From Clostridiales bacterium (GTDB lineage Bacteria > Bacillota > Clostridia > Saccharofermentanales > Saccharofermentanaceae), in contig JAGAXM010000020.1 of the NCBI GenBank assembly GCA_017940895.1, positions 788 through 64,787 on the forward strand: a stretch of DNA of 64,000 nt, read 5' to 3'. This document shows positions 49,485 to 57,065 of the stretch, in pieces. Position numbers and translations under genes: made by a program. Positions within the stretch are counted from its first letter, which is position 1, and the number at the start of each line of letters is the position of its first letter. The notes under the pieces were generated by a model. The model was not told the origin of the DNA. It saw nothing but the letters and a program-made list of their open reading frames with translations, and made no database searches.

Positions 49485-50198
49485 ATGAATGTGTTGGTAA
49501 CAGGCGCAGGTAAGGCTGTAGGACTCGGGTTCAATCTGGTGGTGCGTTACCTCGAGGCAGGCGATACGGTCGTCGCGACTATCCGTAAAGCGTGCCCGGA
49601 ACTCATGGAACTTAAGCAGAAGTACGGCGAAAAGCTTATTACGCTCACCATGGATATAGGTGATACTTCTTCTGTAGAGGGCGCAGCGACGGCACTACGC
49701 ATGAAACTTGATCATCTTGATCTCATTATCAATAACGCGGTGCAGGTGTCGCCTGACTGCGACAAAGGATTTTTCGAGGCGAATCTCGATTACATTCCGA
49801 ATACGGTTAACGTTACGTCTGTCGGTGCGATGAGAGTGGTGAAGGCGTTCTATCCCATGCTTATCAAAAGTCCCATGACGGCACTTGTCATCAATATCTC
49901 GTCGGAGGCGGGCAGTATCTCGCGTTGTTACCGCACGGCACAGATTGACTACGGTATGGCCAAGGCGGCGCTTAATATGGCGACCATGAATATCTACAAC
50001 ACTTTGAAAGATGAGCGTAAGGTTAATATCTTCTGCGTGCACCCCGGATGGATCCGTACGGACGGCCGTGAAGATAATCCGGCACCGCTTTCTTCTTATG
50101 AAGCAGCGGGGATATTAAAGGAGTTATTCGAGAAAAGGCGCGGGGACTTTGATGGTCACCGCTTTATCACTAATGAGAATGAGGATTATCCGTTCTGA
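49485..50198 (+). CDS. Short-chain dehydrogenase/reductase
   Basis: VLVTGAGK..G, INNA, NISS..GS, YGMAK (YxxxK), HPGWIRTD. Confidence 0.9.
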   Translation: MNVLVTGAGKAVGLGFNLVVRYLEAGDTVVATIRKACPELMELKQKYGEKLITLTMDIGDTSSVEGAATALRMKLDHLDLIINNAVQVSPDCDKGFFEANLDYIPNTVNVTSVGAMRVVKAFYPMLIKSPMTALVINISSEAGSISRCYRTAQIDYGMAKAALNMATMNIYNTLKDERKVNIFCVHPGWIRTDGREDNPAPLSSYEAAGILKELFEKRRGDFDGHRFITNENEDYPF

Positions 50199-50236
50199 TA
50201 TAATTGACTTTGTTACATATCTAAGGAGGACGGGAT

Positions 50237-50713
50237 ATGGCAGAGAAGAACAATAATTTACTTACGGGATTGGCACTGCTTGTAGGAGTGGCTGCGCTGG
50301 GCGTTTCTTTCGTGGCACTGGCAAGTATTCCTGATGTTAACAAGGCAGAGGAGACGGTCGCGGTTGCAGAGTGTCCGGCAGAACCTGAGCAGGGACAGGA
50401 TATTCAGTATGTACTGTTTTTGGGTACGAATGACAAGGATTCGAACGAGCCTGTGTTCAGTGAGGATGATGCGCGCGAGCATCTTGAGGCGATACTGACG
50501 GATCATTTCGGAGGATTCACGATCCAGGATGCAAGGGGCGGCTGGGTCAATGACGACGGTTCGATCGCGCATGAGTATACGCTTGTTGTTTATCTGTCAG
50601 ATACGACTATCGAAGAGATCCATGCAGCATGTGACGACATGATCGCCGAGTTCAACCAGAGCGCGATCCTTATCCAGCAGAATCAGACGACAACCGAGTT
50701 CTACGGCGGATAA
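50237..50713 (+). CDS. DUF3574-like membrane-anchored protein
   Basis: TM, then YVLFLG..FGGFTIQDARGGW..EY..QSAIL. Confidence 0.7.
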   Translation: MAEKNNNLLTGLALLVGVAALGVSFVALASIPDVNKAEETVAVAECPAEPEQGQDIQYVLFLGTNDKDSNEPVFSEDDAREHLEAILTDHFGGFTIQDARGGWVNDDGSIAHEYTLVVYLSDTTIEEIHAACDDMIAEFNQSAILIQQNQTTTEFYGG

Positions 50714-50746
50714 TTAATAAGCATTATATTTTGGAGGGGATTAAAT

Positions 50747-51679
50747 ATGAAAAAGAGAAGTATTATCGCTATGACACTTGCGGCGGCTATGGCGCTCGGA
50801 GCATGCGGAAAGGCTGAGGAGACTCAGGTAACAGAGCAGACGGCGGCAACGACGACTCAGGCGCAGACAATGATCATCACGTCTAACGGAGATGAGACTG
50901 AAGTGACAGGAGAAACAGAAGCGGCGGAGCTCGCAGGTCCCGTAGAACTTACACTTGATAACTACTTTGACACGGATCCCGCCAACACTGAGTGGGGACA
51001 GGGCGAAGGTGCGGATATCATCGATATGGTAGATCTTGATTATCTTGAGGCTTCTCAGAATGCTGAATTGTTCGAGGTCGACACGATCGAGCAGTTCGCA
51101 TCCCTTAACTACTATGTAAATACATATCCGCTTGCACGCGAATATGAGAGCCTGTCGGACGATCACTTCTTCATTAATGTAAATATCAACAGTGACTTTG
51201 ATCTGTCAGACTACGACTGGCCGTCGATGGGATATGAAGCAAATAATCATGAGCATTCATTCGCAGGTATCTATATCGCGAACGGCCATACGGTCACGGG
51301 CCTTGAGAACAGCCTTTTCGGAGATATCTACGGTTCTGCGGTCTGCGGTATCTATCTTGACGCAGGTGTTATCACGGATGACGCGCGCTGCCTGATTGCT
51401 GACAATATCGAAGATGTAAGATTCTTCGACTGCCACATCTCGGCTGAACTCGAAGAGGGCGAGCTCAATCCCGAGATCCTCTTTCAGATCTACAGCACAG
51501 ACGAAGTCAACAGATTCCTTGACTGCACGATAGATGTTGTTTGGCCGGACGGGGAGACGCATTCAGAGCAGATCCAGCTCAATCCTTACAGCACGGGCTC
51601 CAACAATACCATTATTGAGTTCTTTGATCCCGACCGTGACGGCGTATATGAGTACGGCGGGAATTACTTCGAGTCATAA
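50747..51679 (+). CDS. Lipoprotein of unknown function
   Basis: Lipobox LGAC, Thr/Glu-rich linker, acidic domain. Confidence 0.8.
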   Translation: MKKRSIIAMTLAAAMALGACGKAEETQVTEQTAATTTQAQTMIITSNGDETEVTGETEAAELAGPVELTLDNYFDTDPANTEWGQGEGADIIDMVDLDYLEASQNAELFEVDTIEQFASLNYYVNTYPLAREYESLSDDHFFINVNINSDFDLSDYDWPSMGYEANNHEHSFAGIYIANGHTVTGLENSLFGDIYGSAVCGIYLDAGVITDDARCLIADNIEDVRFFDCHISAELEEGELNPEILFQIYSTDEVNRFLDCTIDVVWPDGETHSEQIQLNPYSTGSNNTIIEFFDPDRDGVYEYGGNYFES

Positions 51680-51758
51680 ACTCAATTGAAAAGAAGATGT
51701 AACGCATCAGCCGGACCTTCCTGTTAAACTGTAAGAAGGAAAATAGGAGGTCCGGCTA

Positions 51759-52358
51759 ATGAAGAGATCAGTTATTGCCATTATTTTGACAGCATCGCTT
51801 CTGGTAAGCGTTTGTTCGTGTTCGCACGATCCGGAACCTTCTGTGACTGAGACACTGCCGCGCGTTACAACGACGACGGCTCCGTCGGCATCTGACGTTC
51901 CCGAGACTTCCGCACCCACGGAGACTATATTCCCCTCACGTGATATGAGAACCATGTCGATAAACGAGGTAGAGGCAGTTCTTCTTAATGCGGCGGGCAG
52001 AGGAGAGGCTTTGAGTGATTATAACTATGCCATCGAGGAGAATGCCGGTATCGGACTTATCGACGGCAGAACTTATTCATATAACATCATGGATGAGAAC
52101 CCCGATGTTTTCGGCGGGTTCAATATACTGCAGTTCGACACGGAGTCGGAGGCTTTTCGCAACATGCAGGTAGGCGACTACATCGAGGTGTACTTCCAGT
52201 TCGGAGACGAGATCATGAGCGGGCAGCAGGCTGTCACCGCGATCAACGGTCCGTACGTGTTCTCTGCGTGGGAGACGCCGAGGGGCGGCGGTTACAACAG
52301 CACACCTCCGTTCACGTGCGCCGAGATCCAGGCTGCATATCTTGCATTCTCCGCGTAA
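51759..52358 (+). CDS. Lipoprotein of unknown function
   Basis: Signal peptide ending VCSC, Pro/Thr-rich linker; RBS GGAGG. Confidence 0.75.
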   Translation: MKRSVIAIILTASLLVSVCSCSHDPEPSVTETLPRVTTTTAPSASDVPETSAPTETIFPSRDMRTMSINEVEAVLLNAAGRGEALSDYNYAIEENAGIGLIDGRTYSYNIMDENPDVFGGFNILQFDTESEAFRNMQVGDYIEVYFQFGDEIMSGQQAVTAINGPYVFSAWETPRGGGYNSTPPFTCAEIQAAYLAFSA

Positions 52359-52361
52359 GTA

Positions 52362-52940
52362 ATGTCCCGCGAACTCACACAGCAGGAGAGGCAGCTTCTT
52401 CTCGATAACCCTCAGTATGTAATGTTCAATCCTACCAAGGGTGTGACGGTGTTTATTAAGCACCCGATCCTGCTGGCGTTCCTGCCTTTTGCCATCTTCG
52501 CGGTGGTGATCCCGGTACTCGTGTTCACGTTCGAAGATTTTTTTATCGCTCACGACGTTGTGTGCAGTGTGGTGCTCTGCGTGGGAATGCTGCTCACGGT
52601 CATCATGATCCCGGTGGTCTTCTGTCTGCGCGACAAACGCGTGTGGGAAAAGGAACACAGCGACTATTACAGGATCCCGCTTAAGCGTGTGCTGCCTGAG
52701 CGCCTTACGGGGCGCGTCGTGACCATTACGAAGGTGGACTTTAAGAACCAGCAGGACATACAGTACGCGCTTCTTACCTGCGAGGAGGACGGCGTCGAAA
52801 AGAAATACAACTACTTCGGATTTGTTAACCGGTTCGAGTTGATTGAAGGGCAGGAGTTATTGGTTGTTAGTGACGGAGAGTTCTTCGCGTTCGTTCAGAG
52901 GGGGACGTTGAGCGAGGGGCTGTATAACAGTTGTAAGTGA
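52362..52940 (+). CDS. Two-TM hypothetical protein
   Basis: 192-aa ORF abutting the upstream stop; two hydrophobic segments. Confidence 0.7.
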   Translation: MSRELTQQERQLLLDNPQYVMFNPTKGVTVFIKHPILLAFLPFAIFAVVIPVLVFTFEDFFIAHDVVCSVVLCVGMLLTVIMIPVVFCLRDKRVWEKEHSDYYRIPLKRVLPERLTGRVVTITKVDFKNQQDIQYALLTCEEDGVEKKYNYFGFVNRFELIEGQELLVVSDGEFFAFVQRGTLSEGLYNSCK

Positions 52941-53078
52941 ATTTGTTGATAAACCAGACACTTTATGAGGCATCTGTTGCTTAAGCGACAGATGTCTTTG
53001 TTATTAATCATAGGTTTCTCCGTGCGGGTCTGAAATAATGTGCTTGGCAAACGAAAAGCAAGTAAAGGAGAAACGGTT

Positions 53079-53270
53079 ATGAAGAACTTTTTGGACAGAG
53101 AGAATATCGAATTCATGATGAGAGGCACAGAGGATAAGGAGACGCTTCGTAAGAAGATCCTGTATATGATCGAGCGCAAGAATGCAGTATCGCTTCAGGA
53201 CATGGTCGGTCGTCCGTCGATCGCACTTTCATCCGGCGCCCTCGGTCGCGTGGACTACCCCAGATTCTGA
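53079..53270 (+). CDS. Small hypothetical protein
   Basis: RBS AAGGAG before ATG 53079; 63 aa. Confidence 0.55.
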   Translation: MKNFLDRENIEFMMRGTEDKETLRKKILYMIERKNAVSLQDMVGRPSIALSSGALGRVDYPRF

Positions 53271-53275
53271 TCGAT

Positions 53276-53390
53276 TGTCCCCAGACACCTGCTGATTTGA
53301 GGTCAAATCGGTCATCGGTTAGAGAATAAGGGGGTGTCATTCTCTAACTTATGTATCAAAAAGGGTCGAATTGAACATCAGTTAGAGACA
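53276..53390. repeat. MITE/REP-like modular element, copy 3 (diverged, 2 units)
   Basis: TGTCCCCA...TTTGAGGTCAAA...GGTTAGAGAATAAGGGGGTGTCATTCTCTAAC...AGTTAGAGACA. Confidence 0.7.
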
Positions 53391-53531
53391 GAAACCAAGG
53401 AACGCTTAGGCGTTCTTTTTTATTGAGAAACAATAGGTTCATCCTTTGTCGTTTTTTGTCGAAAATTGTCGAGAATTGTCGAAAAATAAGAGGACTACGC
53501 GTTGTATTATGTAGGAGCAACCAACACACTT

Positions 53532-53572
53532 ATAGCAAATATGATATTGAACTGTAATAGCATATTTGTTAT
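53532..53572. promoter_or_regulatory. Palindromic operator over the TA promoter
   Basis: ATAGCAAATATG-17 bp-CATATTTGTTAT, directly followed by TATAAC. Confidence 0.6.
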
Positions 53573-53598
53573 TATAACTACGTAATCAAGGTGTACAA

Positions 53599-53967
53599 AT
53601 GTATGAGATTATTTTGTATGAAGATGAACACGGGAACAGCGATGTAAAGAGTTTTATTAAAGAACTGAAGTCAAAGTCAAAGTCAAGTAAGGATGCAAGA
53701 ATTAATTATACAAAAGTAGTGGCTTATATTGATCTCTTGGAGGAGATGGGAACACGAGTAGGTGAACCGGTAACCAAACATCTTGACGGTGAAATATGGG
53801 AATTGCGACCTATATCCAATCGCATTTTATACGCTTTCTTTACTGATAATAAGATAATACTTCTACATCACTTTCAGAAGAAAACTCAGAAGACGCCTTT
53901 AAGGGAGATCATAAAAGCCAAGAATGAACTGGAGGATTACTCAAGGAGGCATAAAACCGATGGCTAA
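53599..53967 (+). CDS. RelE/ParE-superfamily (HigB/Gp49-like) toxin
   Basis: KHLDGEIWELRP..NRILY..IILLHHFQKKTQKTP. Confidence 0.88.
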   Translation: MYEIILYEDEHGNSDVKSFIKELKSKSKSSKDARINYTKVVAYIDLLEEMGTRVGEPVTKHLDGEIWELRPISNRILYAFFTDNKIILLHHFQKKTQKTPLREIIKAKNELEDYSRRHKTDG

Positions 53968-54241
53968 CTGGAAAGAATTCAGACAAGAATTAGAACTTAC
54001 TCCTGAAGAGGAGTGTATTATAGAGCTTGAGAAAGATCTTATTCGTACGATGGTACAGATAAGAGAATCGCAGGGCTTATCTCAGGCAGAACTTGCACGT
54101 AAATGCAATGTCAAACAACCGATAATTGCACGTATGGAAAAGGATGTTCATTCTCCTCAAGTGGACAGCCTGCTTAAGATTTTGGTTCCTTTGGGATACA
54201 GGTTACAGATAGTACCCATAGATGAAGTTGAAACTGCCTAA
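53960..54241 (+). CDS. XRE-HTH antitoxin (HigA-like)
   Basis: IRESQGLSQAELARKCNVKQPIIARMEK..PQVDSL; RBS GGAGG; overlaps the toxin stop. Confidence 0.88.
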   Translation: MANWKEFRQELELTPEEECIIELEKDLIRTMVQIRESQGLSQAELARKCNVKQPIIARMEKDVHSPQVDSLLKILVPLGYRLQIVPIDEVETA

Positions 54242-54456
54242 TACTAACGCCCGGCGTTCTTATTGAATATTAGTATATTAATGATAAAGAGTTGTCGCTT
54301 TGGACTCTTAGAGGCTAACTGAAGAAATTGACTAGCGGTCATTGGCTGAAACGTTGGCTGATTTCAAATTTAGCCACTATTTCAGCCAATGAATGATGAA
54401 TTTCAGAAGATGCTATAATTTATTCCGCTTGTATATTTTTTGATAAGGAGAGATTT

Positions 54457-54939
54457 ATGTCTATTTTCAGTAAACTGTTTCATAAAGATGAGAAGAAGGA
54501 AGAAGCCGCGAAGACTGCGGATCCGAATGTTGTAGAGCTGCCGTGCGGGAAGTTTATTTACGCAGAGGATGATCCGGATGAGATCGGCTATGAAGGTGAG
54601 ATAGATTGGTACTATCAGCCGGTCGAAGTCTTTATAGAAGTAGATACCCCCGGAACGAAAGATGCCGGTCTCGGATTTGAGCGCTTTACACGACTCTATG
54701 AGGACAGGGAGCGGATAGACTTCAAAATGAAGCTGGCGGTAGCCGAAGTTGCGGATTACGCTGACAGGATGTCGAGGGACGAGTTCATCGAGAAATCGAA
54801 GATCGTGTTTATCTCGGTTTACAGCAGCGGAAAAAGAGTTTTCCATGTGGAGCATCCCAGAACACGTGACGGGAAAAGCGATGCCCAGGTTATCTACGAT
54901 GAACATGATAAAACGACCGTAACGGAAGGTATGATGTAA
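54457..54939 (+). CDS. Acidic hypothetical protein
   Basis: 160 aa; RBS AAGGAG; upstream TGCTATAAT. Confidence 0.7.
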   Translation: MSIFSKLFHKDEKKEEAAKTADPNVVELPCGKFIYAEDDPDEIGYEGEIDWYYQPVEVFIEVDTPGTKDAGLGFERFTRLYEDRERIDFKMKLAVAEVADYADRMSRDEFIEKSKIVFISVYSSGKRVFHVEHPRTRDGKSDAQVIYDEHDKTTVTEGMM

Positions 54940-55022
54940 TCAACAAAAGCTTAACAATTTACTCATTATTCTGTGACATAAAACCAATACAATTTGAGTA
55001 TACATAACAGGGGGATACGGTT

Positions 55023-55313
55023 ATGTCAGGGAATATGAGTATTAACGATATAAATATAGATCTTGAAGAACTTGATGCTGTTGTAGGCGGATATGAGAGA
55101 GTAACGGGTAATTTCGTCAGTTTGCGTCCTTACCTCAATACCGGATTAGCAAAAGTAACGATCATATGTCCCAACTGCCACAGCGTATTGAAAGTAAATA
55201 AAAAAAGTGAAAGCGGGCAGATTGCGTCCGGTCATACAAAGACATTCACATGTAAGAATTGCGGTCATCAATATGCCTGGCTTAATGATACCGGGAATGA
55301 TGTTTGTATATAA
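55023..55313 (+). CDS. Double-glycine-leader peptide with a zinc-ribbon-like core
   Basis: LEELDAVVGG, then CPNC...CKNCG. Confidence 0.65.
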   Translation: MSGNMSINDINIDLEELDAVVGGYERVTGNFVSLRPYLNTGLAKVTIICPNCHSVLKVNKKSESGQIASGHTKTFTCKNCGHQYAWLNDTGNDVCI

Positions 55314-55418
55314 AGGAGGACCCGGCATCATCACGTCGGGTCTTTTTCATCTATATTGAAGCGTCCTCCGGGCGCTTTTCGTTATACTGTTGGTATGATG
55401 ATTTGAAAGGTATATGAT

Positions 55419-55745
55419 ATGACAATGATAAGTTTTGAAGATTTCTCGATGTTATTCGATTCCATCCCCGGAGAGCCTGAATTTGAAATACTTTTTCGTG
55501 GTGTTAAGGCAAAATACATGATAATCAAATACGATGATCATGTGTCTTTCCAAAGGTGCGGTGTTAACGACGGAAGCGGGGAATACGATTACCCGTCTTT
55601 GCAGGAACTGTATCAGGCTGTCACGGTAGACGGGATCTGCCTGAAAGACTGTTGGGACACTATCGAAAACATAATAGCCGATTCTTCTTTTGACTTATCA
55701 GTACCGGATGACGTGGCCGGGTTTAAAGAAAGGTGGATGGCATAA
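55419..55745 (+). CDS. Acidic hypothetical protein
   Basis: 108-aa ORF, RBS GAAAGG. Confidence 0.65.
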   Translation: MTMISFEDFSMLFDSIPGEPEFEILFRGVKAKYMIIKYDDHVSFQRCGVNDGSGEYDYPSLQELYQAVTVDGICLKDCWDTIENIIADSSFDLSVPDDVAGFKERWMA

Positions 55746-55881
55746 CAAAAACACTTCACGCTTCGTTCCCAGGACTTGCTCGTCATGACATGAATACGGC
55801 TGCTGATGATGGATATAGTACTTTTTCACACGTTTTTACATGGGATGGATATGGTCCTTAATTAACAGGACGGATACTGAC

Positions 55882-56079
55882 ATGACACAGATTATCAATA
55901 AGAGACTGTACAGCCAAAGATCCGTATGCGGCTGCCCGAACTGCGGAGGAGACGTGATCTCGACTTACCTGATCCTCTCCGGCACGGAAGCACCTAAGGC
56001 TATCCCGTACAAATGCGAAGACTGCGACAGAAGCTACCTTGTATATAACGGACAGATAATATCGGAGATCATCGGCTGA
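55882..56079 (+). CDS. Small zinc-ribbon protein
   Basis: CGCPNCGG...CEDC; RBS AGGA before ATG 55882. Confidence 0.6.
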   Translation: MTQIINKRLYSQRSVCGCPNCGGDVISTYLILSGTEAPKAIPYKCEDCDRSYLVYNGQIISEIIG

Positions 56080-56181
56080 TAACACTCGAAAAGGAAACAT
56101 CTATGTGTGACAATAACGGGACACTTGCTTTCCTCGTGCCACGTATAATGTAGGTACAAGCATGGTGAAGGAGGTATCGTT

Positions 56182-56421
56182 ATGGGACTGTTTAATTTCT
56201 TTAATTCGGAAGGTCACTGGATAAGGAGCACACACTTCTTCGGAAGCGACACCTTCGAATGCTCCGAGTGCGGCAGGACATTCAAGTCAGCCACCCTCGA
56301 GTGTCCGCGCTGCCGCTCGAAAATGCGGGGCACCATCGACGACTGGGATCTTCGCATGCGCCGCGAAGCCCTGGAAGAAGACCTCGACGAGTACGAGGGG
56401 ATAGAGGATGCGGATTTCTGA
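56182..56421 (+). CDS. Small zinc-ribbon protein
   Basis: CSECG...CPRC; RBS AAGGAGG; own -10 TATAAT at ~56145. Confidence 0.75.
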   Translation: MGLFNFFNSEGHWIRSTHFFGSDTFECSECGRTFKSATLECPRCRSKMRGTIDDWDLRMRREALEEDLDEYEGIEDADF

Positions 56422-56478
56422 GAAAGAGCGAAAAGTGATGCGGGAAGTACATCTGTGTGATTTATCAGAGGTAATGAA

Positions 56479-56727
56479 ATGACAACGTATTATTTGATTT
56501 TGGATCGACAGCTCGGCAAGAAAGAAGACGGTAAGTACTACCTGTTTAAGAATTCAGAATGGATATCTGATACAGCTCACGAGATCAGTGACCGGCTCAT
56601 CGGTTATGATCCGAGTGAAGATCCCGATTCTCCGTATTGTATAGGTTGCCTGAGTATTATGAAGGAAATTAAGGAGATATCTGAAGAGCAGGTCAGGGGG
56701 ATAATCGATCAACAACATAATAGTTGA
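56479..56727 (+). CDS. Small hypothetical protein
   Basis: 82 aa, RBS GAGG. Confidence 0.65.
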   Translation: MTTYYLILDRQLGKKEDGKYYLFKNSEWISDTAHEISDRLIGYDPSEDPDSPYCIGCLSIMKEIKEISEEQVRGIIDQQHNS

Positions 56728-57065
56728 GTGCTGATTAGAGTTCCCCCGCTGCAGAACAAAGACGTGGACTATGAAGATTCAATGTTATAGTTATTTTATC
56801 CGAATATCGGGATTCTTTTGTAACGGTCGCAAAAACAATCAAACTGTGTGGATGGTTTAGAATAAATTTGACATATTAACACCAATTTCACAATATTTTA
56901 TTATAATTTAATTGGTCGTAATATGCAGTTTTGGAATGTTATGACTTATGGGAACTAAAGACTCGCGATAATGGCATTGTAGCATTTTTGACTCATAAGG
57001 AGGGCGAATTACTATGGGCGAGTTTCAGGTATATCCATAATCAATAAAAATAGAGGACCCAGTGT

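Noticed and set aside
54241-56727. Integron-like cassette array
   Set aside because: The intergenic regions share no attC-like repeat on inspection, and there is no integrase.
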